A DNA stretch of 63,959 bases, filler included, from Octopus bimaculoides (lineage: Eukaryota), in assembly GCF_001194135.2 (NCBI RefSeq). It is 7 parts of 7 records of this genome, joined end to end, with 100 filler letters (N's around TTAATTAATTAA, not from the genome) between each part and the next. Parts side by side here need not be neighbours in the genome. Positions count along the whole stretch, not along the records: positions 1 to 18,425 come from NC_068994.1; positions 18,526 to 27,380 come from NC_068997.1; 5 more parts are not named here. One strand, written 5' to 3'. Below are positions 11,894 through 24,109 of the stretch, piece by piece (position 1 is the first letter of the stretch; each line of letters begins with the position of its first letter). A model generated the notes under the pieces. It ran no database searches. It was not told the origin of the DNA and worked only from the letters and a program-made list of their open reading frames with translations. Position numbers and translations under genes: made by a program.

Positions 11894-12958
11894 TTTGTTA
11901 AGGTTTTTTTCTACAGAAATTATAGCCAGCTCAGATTTTTGCTATGTTTCGTATCGAGATGTCAGATGTAAACAAATAACGAGCTCGAAGACAAAAATAT
12001 GCCATATTTCGGGGGTGGGGTGAGGGTTTTGCCCGTTTATCAGCCCCTCCCCCCCAAATCTAACCCATTCTCGTCTCCGAACACATTGCTTGCATATATA
12101 CCACCGCATACACCGATGTTCAAGTTATTGGATACACCAATTTACATAGTAAACACGTTCCTGGAATTGGTACGTAAAGACTAATGAATTGTAGGCACGT
12201 GGTATTACATTATGCAAGCATAATATACTATAAAGTATATTAAATGTCTGTTTTATAAGTCAACACCACGTCCCATAATGGATAATAAATAATATGAACA
12301 AATTTTGTGAGAAAATTTGATTCCTCCTTAGTCATATTCTTTTACAGAGAAATTGCTCTAAATTATACAATCAGGCCAATGCCATTTCTAAAAATTCCTT
12401 TTTTTTTTATCCTATTGGTTTATCTTCATGGAAATTCATTCTTGTTTTTTTTTTTTGCTTTGCTTCGTTCGTTCGTTCGTTCTTTCTTTTTATTTTGCTC
12501 TGTATGTTTATTTTTATGATTTGTCTAAATTCTTATTCTAATGTTCGAATGTGCTGCTTATGTGCTGTGTAAATTCGTTTTTTTTTTTTTAAATATTAGT
12601 TTTAATGTATGGCAAATGTATCATTTAATGTGTTTATGTCCTCTTCAAGTGTTGGTTACGACATGTTTTCCATGTTACATGTAAATGTATATATTTGATG
12701 TGATTGTGTCAATGTACGTGTGTATGTATGCGTTTATGTATATGTCTGTGTGTGTATATGTATGTATGTATATGTATAAAATATACATTTACAAGTAACA
12801 TGACATAAGTGATATATATTCATAGAAAACTTATCATTAAGAAATATATAAAAGTAACTCTCTCTCTTATATGTGTGTGTGTGTGTGTGAGTGTATGTGC
12901 GTGCGCGCGCGTATCTCTGCATCAATCTACCTATCTCTCCATGTACGTATGTATGCAA

Positions 12959-13038
<80 letters not shown>

Positions 13039-13202
13039 ATATATATATATATATGCATTTGCATAGACAACATATACACTTATATGTATATATTAATTGA
13101 TAGAGATTCAAAGAGAGATATCTGTATGTGTGTGTGTATGTATGAATGTATGAATATATATGTTTACACACACACACACACACATATATATACACACACA
13201 CC

Positions 13203-13242
<40 letters not shown>

Positions 13243-14832
13243 NNNNNNNNNNNNNNNNNNNNNNNNNNNNNNNNNNNNNNNNNNNNNNNNNNNNNNNNNN
13301 NNNNNNNNNNNNNNNNNNNNNNNNNNNNNNNNNNNNNNNNNNNNNNNNNNNNNNNNNNNNNNNNNNNNNNNNNNNNNNNNNNNNNNNNNNNNNNNNNNNN
13401 NNNNNNNNNNNNNNNNNNNNNNNNNNNNNNNNNNNNNNNNNNNNNNNNNNNNNNNNNNNNNNNNNNNNNNNNNNNNNNNNNNNNNNNNNNNNNNNNNNNN
13501 NNNNNNNNNNNNNNNNNNNNNNNNNNNNNNNNNNNNNNNNNNNNNNNNNNNNNNNNNNNNNNNNNNNNNNNNNNNNNNNNNNNNNNNNNNNNNNNNNNNN
13601 NNNNNNNNNNNNNNNNNNNNNNNNNNNNNNNNNNNNNNNNNNNNNNNNNNNNNNNNNNNNNNNNNNNNNNNNNNNNNNNNNNNNNNNNNNNNNNNNNNNN
13701 NNNNNNNNNNNNNNNNNNNNNNNNNNNNNNNNNNNNNNNNNNNNNNNNNNNNNNNNNNNNNNNNNNNNNNNNNNNNNNNNNNNNNNNNNNNNNNNNNNNN
13801 NNNNNNNNNNNNNNNNNNNNNNNNNNNNNNNNNNNNNNNNNNNNNNNNNNNNNNNNNNNNNNNNNNNNNNNNNNNNNNNNNNNNNNNNNNNNNNNNNNNN
13901 NNNNNNNNNNNNNNNNNNNNNNNNNNNNNNNNNNNNNNNNNNNNNNNNNNNNNNNNNNNNNNNNNNNNNNNNNNNNNNNNNNNNNNNNNNNNNNAGTGTG
14001 TGTGTGTGTGTGTGTGTACGACAGGTTTCTTTCTGGTCGGCCCGGGGCTACAATAGAATACACTTGTCCAAGGCATCACACAGTGGATCTGAACCCGAAA
14101 CCATGTGAATTGAAAGCAAACTTTCTACCACATTACTCTCACTTCAACGAAGCATCTTGACCAGTCTGAAAAAGCAGTGAAATATGTATCAAATCACAGC
14201 TCACAATCTGAAAAAAAAAAAATAAAAGGCAAGACTCTTTGAATGTTTTAGTCGAAGAGATACTATGTCAGAATATAAGAATAGGCACGATGATCGCAGT
14301 TATGATGACGTCGGTAATAGGTCTAATTGATCCAATTTTCATCTCGTTGAAAACAACAACACTAATAACATTTACTAGAATAGAAACCACGAACCAGTAA
14401 AGGAATCTCTATGCAGTGGCTTGAGCTGCTAGAAATTATAGCCGAATGCCAGTACAGAAGCAACATCAACGCAGAAATACATCAGACGTTATACATTTTA
14501 ATGATAAAGAAATCAAATATAAATCAAGTGCATAGAGGTTACAATATTGATGAATATATTATATATATATAAAAAGAAGAAGCGTAAAACAAGACACGAA
14601 TTGCATTGCATCCAGTCTTAAACTAACTCTAAAAATGTGCTTCACAAAAAAAACCCCCACTAAACTTCATTTTTTTTTATTAAAGCAAACCCGTGAATCT
14701 AAGAACAAACTACGAATGAACAATTCGCTTTAAAATATGATTGCAAGCGTGTAAGTTGTAAACCTCATGTATCTGACTGCTATATTGGTCACACATATAT
14801 AACTCTTTCTCATTGACATACTATGCATTTAC

Positions 14833-15232
14833 TGTGGAGGCGCAATGGCCCAGTGGTTAGGGCAGCGGACTCGCGGTCATAGGATCGCGGTTTCGATTCC
14901 TAGACCGGGCGCTGTGAGTGTTTATTGAGCGAAAACACCTAAAGCTCCACAAGGCTCCGGCAGGGGATGGTGGCGAACCCTGCTGTACTCTTTCACCACA
15001 ACTTTCTCTCACTCTTACTTCCTGTTTCTCCTGTGCCAGTAATTCAAAGGTTCAGCATTGTCACACTCTGTGTCACGCTGAATATCCCCGAGAAGTACGT
15101 TAAGGGTACACGTGTCTGTGGAGTGCTCAGCCACTTGGACGTTAATTTCACGAGCAGGCTGTTCCGTTGATCGGATCGGCTGGAACCCTCGACGTCGTAA
15201 GCGACGGAGTGCCAACAACAACAACAACAACA
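14833..15232 (+). mobile_element. Full-length young tRNA-derived SINE, family 1, with 13-bp target-site duplication
   Basis: A-box TGGCCCAGTGG, B-box GGTTTCGATTCC, tRNA-Arg-like head, (CAA)n tail. TSD ACTATGCATTTAC at 14820-14832 and 15233-15245. Confidence 0.95.
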
Positions 15233-15732
15233 ACTATGCATTTACAACAAAGAACAATTTAACGCACTGCATCATCACGCATCATGAAACAAACCAATAG
15301 GAAAGTGAGAGAAGGAGGGAGAGAGATAGAGACTGTATGTTGACCTTCGATCTTCCAGAAAAAGTAGCCACCCTACCTATCGCACATCCCTTAACGCACA
15401 TCCTACCTATCTAATGCGAATCAGGAGAAGTATCAGAGTCGGATATAATGCATCGCTGTGTTTCGTCCAACATTCTCCTGACTGACTTCGAATCCCGCCG
15501 AAATCAACTTTACTTCTCTTTCGTTCGGTATGGAAATCCAAGATGGCCATCTGACCCACATATGGCATTAGTTTCGGCTCTATGCGTTCTGAATTCAAAT
15601 CCTGTCATAACCTGCTTTGGCTGGTTCACTCAGTTCCTGATTGGGACACCTTGGGTGCCTTTAGCGGAACCCACTTTATTGCAATCATTCGGATTAGGTA
15701 TCAGATTTCTGATTTAGGCACAAAATCAGTAA

Positions 15733-16008
<276 letters not shown>

Positions 16009-16051
16009 CAACGAAAAAAAAAAACAAAACAAAAAAACAAACTAAATAAAT

Positions 16052-16151
16052 AAAATGAAATGCTTTACGAATTTGCGTGTCATCCTTTTACAGGGGCCAT
16101 GTTAATATCTGTGTCGTCCCTATTTTAGTATATGTATTGCTGCACTAATAC
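16052..16151 (-). pseudogene. RNU6: Decayed full-length U6 snRNA copy
   Basis: Minus strand reads GTATTAGTGCAGCAATACATATACTAAAATAGGGACGACACAGATATTAACATGGCCCCTGTAAAAGGATGACACGCAAATTCGTAAAGCATTTCATTTT. It is colinear with metazoan U6, but the ACAGAGA box and AGC triad are damaged. Confidence 0.92.
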
Positions 16152-17079
16152 AAGTTCTTAACAGATCTACTTAAACCAAGCGGGTCGCATGATGCATGAC
16201 ATATCATCAGGCGGTTAGCACTACCAAAATAAAATCAAGATAAATTCAGAACGTCACGTGGGCTGCAGTTTGCCTATGACTGACTTAAACCATCGTCCGG
16301 TCTACCATGATAAACTGGCACTCGGGTTTCTGTCCCATAGCTTTGTTGCTAGAATTCGAAGCAAGTTTCTAGTCTGAGAATAATTCATGAGTCATGTTTT
16401 CTTCCCTCCACTCTTGGAGCCTCTCCCTGCATATACAAACATAAATAAATAAATGAATAAATAAATAAAAGTCATGGTCGTGTCATTCGTCCACTGATTT
16501 AGTCAATAAATATGGCAAAATTTAAAACACGCACAACACGCACATGCACTGACATATACTAATGCAGATCATCTCTCTCACACACACACACACACAAACC
16601 ACATCCACAAGCACGCATATGAAAATACAAAAAGCCTCACACATACGGTGACAAGCACACGCATACCCAAACACATACAGAAGCCTATACACAGCCACTC
16701 TACACAAGCACATATACATCCACATACGCACACACACACACGCGCGCGCGCACACACATAGAGTTATACATGCATAGAGACACACGGGCACACACAAACC
16801 CGTATATATATATATATATATATATGTATCCACAAACATACTGGCAGACACATGTACATATAGGAAAATACAGGCACACACAAACACAACGGACTGTTGA
16901 TTTGGTAAGTCATATCTAATAAAGTTCAAAATCGTAATGTTGATTAACTCAATTATTTTCAGTTTTCAGTTTTTCATGGCGATGAGCACAACTTTTGCCT
17001 GTTAATGGGCAAAAATACACAGGCATATACACGCGCCCGCGAGAGACAGAGAATGCACGCGCACACATATGTATCTATC

Positions 17080-17134
<55 letters not shown>

Positions 17135-17277
17135 ATACGCACACATACACCCCGCCACATATATATGTATATATAGAGAGATAGATAGATAGACAGATAG
17201 TTAGATAGATATAGATACACACACATACACACAAACAGGCACACACACACACACTCTCTCTCTCTCTCACACACACA

Positions 17278-17324
<47 letters not shown>

Positions 17325-17662
17325 TTATATATATCTATCTGTATATATATATATATAAATATTTGCTTATACATTTGTATATATGAATGTTTATACATAT
17401 TTACATGTATATATGTGTATGTGTATACATATAAATAAAACATATATTTAGTATATATGTATATATGTATGTATGAATGTATATATANNNNNNNNNNNNN
17501 NNNNNNNNNNNNNNNNNNNNNNNNNNNNNNNNNNNNNNNNNNNNNNNNNNNNNNNNNNNNNNNNNNNNNNNNNNNNNNNNNNNNNNNNNNNNNNNNNNNN
17601 NNNNNNNNNNNNNNNNNNNNNNNNNNNNNNNNNNNNNNNNNNNNNNNNNNNNNNNNNNNNNN

Positions 17663-17704
<42 letters not shown>

Positions 17705-18425
17705 TACAAACACGCACACACACACACACACACGTATATATGTATATACATGTTTGTCTGTGTATGCGTTTAAACCTATTTGAAGAGACTGTGCAATTAC
17801 TTGTAGCCGCTGTTAAAGGAAGAACTCAAGACATTTAAAGGGCGAGAATGAATATTTATTTATTTTATAGCTTTGTCACAATCTGCAAAAAGTTTCTATG
17901 TTATGAATTTATGAAACGAATGATAAAATAGTTTCAGCTAAAAAATATATAATGGCATATTTTATGAAAGAATATATAATGATATCTCTTTGTAAAGAAT
18001 GAAGTATGTCTTTCTTCTGTTGTTAGCATAGTTTCAAAGGAATTGGCAGAAATTTGAGCATTATTCTATCTTCATATATTCAAGAAAACCTCTCTAAACC
18101 AGAAACCCTTAAAAAAAGTATTATCCTACCTACAATCAAAATCTCAATCATGCAATGTCGATGTATAGTATGTGAACAGTCATGTAAAATCAATGTGTGG
18201 TATAATACAAACTGTAAAACCGCCGTGTAACAAAATCCTTTTAACAAGTTCAACCTTATGGAAATGAAGGACAACTTGGAACAACGAGCCCACTAGATAT
18301 AAAAGATTTACAGACTAGCAGTATATCCAATATATATATATATATATACTTGGAACAACGAGCCCACTAGATATAAAAGATTTACAGACTAGCAGTATAT
18401 CCAATATATATATATATATATACTC

Positions 18426-18525
18426 NNNNNNNNNNNNNNNNNNNNNNNNNNNNNNNNNNNNNNNNNNNNTTAATTAATTAANNNNNNNNNNNNNNNNNNN
18501 NNNNNNNNNNNNNNNNNNNNNNNNN
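18426..18525. other. Artificial scaffold spacer (44N-TTAATTAATTAA-44N)
   Basis: The same 100-bp construct occurs six times; the 12-mer has stops in all six frames. Confidence 0.97.
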
Positions 18526-18568
<43 letters not shown>

Positions 18569-19374
18569 TATACATATAAATATATATATGTATATATAAA
18601 TGTGTGTGTATGTATATATGTATAAATATATACATATATATATATATAGATATATATATATATCACCATATATATACATATGTTTATATATGTATATGTA
18701 CGTACTTTTGCATTTTTGCGTGTATAAAAAGAGAGTGAGTGAGAGACGTTTATGTATAACTATGTATGTATAAAATTTGTGTGGGTATATACATATATAC
18801 GTGCACACATGTGTAATACCAGAACATTGCGATATGCGCATGCGTGACTGTAGGCATAATATCATCCCTACTGAGGATGACAAAAAGTAATATTGTGTAA
18901 TTTATTTTAATTTTAATTATATACCATACTTCTATTATTTCTGAAAATGAAATTTGTTTTTTTTTGTGTGTTTTTCTATGCTTTTATTTTTCCCTCACCA
19001 TATACACAAACCTTCACATATATACATATATACATGAAACAATTATGTGTGTGAGTGTGTGTACCTATGTGTGTGTGTGTGTGCCTGCGTGTGTATGTGC
19101 GTGTGCGCGTGCGTGTATATCTTTAATTATCTCTCACACACATTCTCATTCATTCTCTCATGAAATGTTAGCAATTCGAAGTGTCGCAGAAGAATAAATT
19201 CACATTTGTTAAAGAATATGAAATATTGAAGTTTCTCTGTATATATGACTAAACATACCTGTGTATCGATCAATCAGATTAGATTGTTATGTATATGTAC
19301 ATATGCCGACATAAGTTTATGTATATACGAGGGTTTTAAAAGATAAATCATTCTATACATCTATCAATCTATCT

Positions 19375-19409
<35 letters not shown>

Positions 19410-20341
19410 NNNNNNNNNNNNNNNNNNNNNNNNNNNNNNNNNNNNNNNNNNNNNNNNNNNNNNNNNNNNNNNNNNNNNNNNNNNNNNNNNNNNNNNNNNN
19501 NNNNNNNNNNNNNNNNNNNNNNNNNNNNNNNNNNNNNNNNNNNNNNNNNNNNNNNNNNNNNNNNNNNNNNNNNNNNNNNNNNNNNNNNNNNNNNNNNNNN
19601 NNNNNNNNNNNNNNNNNNNNNNNNNNNNNNNNNNNNNNNNNNNNNNNNNNNNNNNNNNNNNNNNNNNNNNNNNNNNNNNNNNNNNNNNNNNNNNNNNNNN
19701 NNNNNNNNNNNNNNNNNNNNNNNNNNNNNNNNNNNNNNNNNNNNNNNNNNNNNNNNNNNNNNNNNNNNNNNNNNNNNNNNNNNNNNNNNNNNNNNNNNNN
19801 NNNNNNNNNNNNNNNNNNNNNNNNNNNNNNNNNNNNNNNNNNNNNNNNNNNNNNNNNNNNNNNNNNNNNNNNNNNNNNNNNNNNNNNNNNNNNNNNNNNN
19901 NNNNNNNNNNNNNNNNNNNNNNNNNNNNNNNNNNNNNNNNNNNNNNNNNNNNNNNNNNNNNNNNNNTATATATATACATATACATATACATATATATATT
20001 TCCCTGTGTAATTTTATATTTCATAGATATGTATATACATGTATGTTTATATATACATACGTATATAAATATACGTGTGTATGTTTGTATGTATCTATGT
20101 ATGTATGAGTGTTTGTATGTATGTATATTCGTTGTCGGTCGTCTAAGTGTCAAAGTGACTGGCCGTCTGTGTACAGCAAAAGCTAGAGTAATAATGGTGA
20201 CATCATATCAGATCACAGAGAGTCAGAGAGTCACAAGCATAAGAATAACTGAAATGAAGTACATACACACACACTCACATATATATATACACATACAAAT
20301 ATACGTATGTGTGTACTCGTTCATATATATATACATGTGTG

Positions 20342-20386
<45 letters not shown>

Positions 20387-20704
20387 ATGCATGTGTGTAT
20401 GTATGTAGGTTTTATATGCTGTAGTTAGATAGCAGAGCAAGCATGTACGTACTTAGATAATCAATATATTTTCCGACTTTAGCACCTTGCCCTAACAACA
20501 TGCACTTCCATCTTTTAATCTTTCGCATACTTCGAATCTTCTTCTAATTCTTCAGCTACTCCTGCTGCTGCCGTCACTGCTGATGCTAGAGTTACTGCTG
20601 TATTCGATGCTGCTGCTGTGGGTGGTGGTCGTGTTTGGCCTTGGTGGGTTAGTGTATCAAGTGAAGGCGGTGGTGATACCACAGATGACCATATCTATCT
20701 CCCC

Positions 20705-20754
<50 letters not shown>

Positions 20755-21697
20755 TTATCTATCTATATATGTGTATATATATATANNNNNNNNNNNNNNN
20801 NNNNNNNNNNNNNNNNNNNNNNNNNNNNNNNNNNNNNNNNNNNNNNNNNNNNNNNNNNNNNNNNNNNNNNNNNNNNNNNNNNNNNNNNNNNNNNNNNNNN
20901 NNNNNNNNNNNNNNNNNNNNNNNNNNNNNNNNNNNNNNNNNNNNNNNNNNNNNNNNNNNNNNNNNNNNNNNNNNNNNNNNNNNNNNNNNNNNNNNNNNNN
21001 NNNNNNNNNNNNNNNNNNNNNNNNNNNNNNNNNNNNNNNNNNNNNNNNNNNNNNNNNNNNNNNNNNNNNNNNNNNNNNNNNNNNNNNNNNNNNNNNNNNN
21101 NNNNNNNNNNNNNNNNNNNNNNNNNNNNNNNNNNNNNNNNNNNNNNNNNNNNNNNNNNNNNNNNNNNNNNNNNNNNNNNNNNNNNNNNNNNNNNNNNNNN
21201 NNNNNNNNNNNNNNNNNNNNNNNNNNNNNNNNNNNNNNNNNNNNNNNNNNNNNNNNNNNNNNNNNNNNNNNNNNNNNNNNNNNNNNNNNNNNNNNNNNNN
21301 NNNNNNNNNNNNNNNNNNNNNNNNNNNNNNNNNNNNNNNNNNNNNNNNNNNNNNNNNNNNNNNNNNNNNNNNNNNNNNNNNNNNNNNNNNNNNNNNNNNN
21401 NNNNNNNNNNNNNNNNNNNNNNNNNNNNNNNNNNNNNNNNNNNNNNNNNNNNNNNNNNNNNNNNNNNNNNNNNNNNNNNNNNNNNNNNNNNNNNNNNNNN
21501 NNNNNNNNNNNNNNNNNNNNNNNNNNNNNNNNNNNNNNNNNNNNNNNNNNNNNNNNNNNNNNNNNNNNNNNNNNNNNNNNNNNNNNNNNNNNNNNNNNNN
21601 NNNNNNNNNNNNNNNNNNNNNNNNNNNNNNNNNNNNNNNNNNNNNNNNNNNNNNNNNNNNNNNNNNNNNNNNNNNNNNNNNNNNNNNNNNNNNNNNN

Positions 21698-21749
<52 letters not shown>

Positions 21750-22334
21750 GCCTTACGCCACAAGATTTTGAAATTGCGATGTTAAATGGCTACTACAACA
21801 ACATACCCTGTAAATTTATATCGCTTGCACACAGTTGTGTTATTCAGGTTGTATCTACCATATATTTATTTCCACTGCAATCGTTTTTGGGTAAGATTAA
21901 TTATGAAACTGTACCAAGGTATTTTTATAATACCTATACTATAGATATACATTTATTATATAACATGGTAACATCCGTATTATATCTGCCGATCAATTTT
22001 TCTTCATATCTTCATATCAGTCTATCTTTGTGTGTGTCAGTCTGTTGCGTCTACATTTCCGTTTATACATATATCTATCGGTTTGACTTAACTATGTGAC
22101 AATATATGAGTGTGTATAAGTGTATGAGCATGGCAACTTTTATAGCTGGCTTGGTACTTCTCTAATCATATATTCTCATTGCTATACACCTGAGTAATTA
22201 ACTTGTTATGCATATGCACAAGTTTTGGTCTATGTTACTGTCTAGCTCCGGATCTATCATTCTATCTATCTAATCTATGTCTCTATCTATCTACCCCTCT
22301 CTCTAATATATATACATATACATACACGTGTATG

Positions 22335-22386
<52 letters not shown>

Positions 22387-22664
22387 TGTACATATATATA
22401 TATATATATGTATGTACGTATATATACATATGTGTGTGTGTGTGTGTGCGTGTGTGTGTGGCCGTATATATATACACACATACAAACATGCGTACATGAA
22501 TATANNNNNNNNNNNNNNNNNNNNNNNNNNNNNNNNNNNNNNNNNNNNNNNNNNNNNNNNNNNNNNNNNNNNNNNNNNNNNNNNNNNNNNNNNGTGTGGC
22601 CGTATATATATATACACATACAAACATGCGTATATGAATATATGTATATATATATTTATATATT

Positions 22665-22701
<37 letters not shown>

Positions 22702-23150
22702 TTATATGTATGTATATAGGTATGTATACTATATTTGCGCAATGTATGTATTGTGTATGTGTGCATCTATGTATGTGCCTATTCATACGGATTCCTATAT
22801 ATATGCACTTGTTTAAGTGTAGATATGGGAGAAATAATTGTTCATAACAATCGTAGTATAAATTTATTTTGAAACTGATAATGCATACTTCTAGCTACTC
22901 AGAGTTACTTGATGCAAGCTTTCAGCATCCTAGTGATGGAAGTTACGCTCACGAAACTCTGAGTATTGTCTGAATGAAAGATAGCTTTATAAGTAATTCT
23001 TACATACATATGCAGGAGTATATACGTAACTTGATAAACAAATGGATGGATACATAGAGAGAGGTTTAATGTGGGCCTATAGACATATTGGTGGAACGGA
23101 CTGTAGTTGCAGAATTTAATAGACAGATTGATTAACAAATGCAAACTTAC

Positions 23151-23188
<38 letters not shown>

Positions 23189-24077
23189 TCACACAGATAT
23201 ATATATATATATACATTAACCTTCCGACTCCCACTTCTAATATGTTTAATCATTCATGCTCATTCTCAAAGAGCCAGACATAGACACAAACAGGCAGAAA
23301 TACAGCCCAATTCCCAATCTCCGACATATATATCAGTATATGTACGATATCCCGTTCTTCAAACGTAAGAAAACATATAGATAGATAGATAGATAGATAT
23401 TTCTAGATTTTGCGAACATGGTTATTCTTGTATAACAGTTATAACATTTCTTCATATGTAACTAATCTTCACAAATTGGGGATCAAAATTTTCGAAAATA
23501 TTTTCTTAAATGATTAGCACGTCATCCTTAGCAGTATTTTTTATTATACAAAGAGAGAAAGAAAAAGAGATATAATCTCATTACTAATCGAATATTAGGC
23601 TGTGAAAAATATTTAAATATTTAAAAAAGTTAAATCGCATATCCATTGAAATGAACGAAAAAATAAATTACCTTTGGAAGTATATCCGATTTTAATTAAC
23701 GCATATATAATACATTACATCATTAGGAAAAATTCTATTTATTTTTGACATATTTTTTCCGTTTAAATATATACCGTCGAAGAATGATGTTAATATTACG
23801 TTAAAATGCAGGGGTACAACATAAATTTAATTTCAATTTCGTTAGGTCTACAATGGTAAGATAAAGACAACGGGAAACCACTCTTGTGTATCTATTATGC
23901 AGAAGCAGAAATTGCACAGAAACATGCACACACGCATTTTATATCTATCCACACATATTTCTGTCAACCGGTCTTGTTCACTGTCTCACTCTGTATCTCT
24001 TTATTAATGTCTACCCCGATGACTCTGCCTCTCTCTGTCTCTCTGTCTCTCTGTCTCTCTGTCTCTCTGTCTCTCCT

Positions 24078-24109
<32 letters not shown>

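Noticed and set aside
11582-12023. Poly-Asn/Ile ORFs
   Set aside because: (AAT)n array.
12871-14160. Long ORFs spanning N gaps (also 20583-22099, 25239-26623, 40798-42012, 52274-53281)
   Set aside because: Open only because N codons are not stops.
14836-14910. tRNA gene
   Set aside because: Has A and B boxes but no complete cloverleaf, and it continues into a SINE body with TSDs; the same holds for the other heads.
18274-18421. 74-bp tandem duplication
   Set aside because: Identical units split by (TA)n at a scaffold end; most likely an assembly overlap.
21848-22973. Possible plus-strand exons 21848-21890 and 22895-22973 (GCIYHIFISTAIVFG / YSELLDASFQHPSDGSYAHETLSIV*)
   Set aside because: Splice-like signals exist, but no homology was recognised and all three frames are equally compatible. 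Needs RNA-seq.
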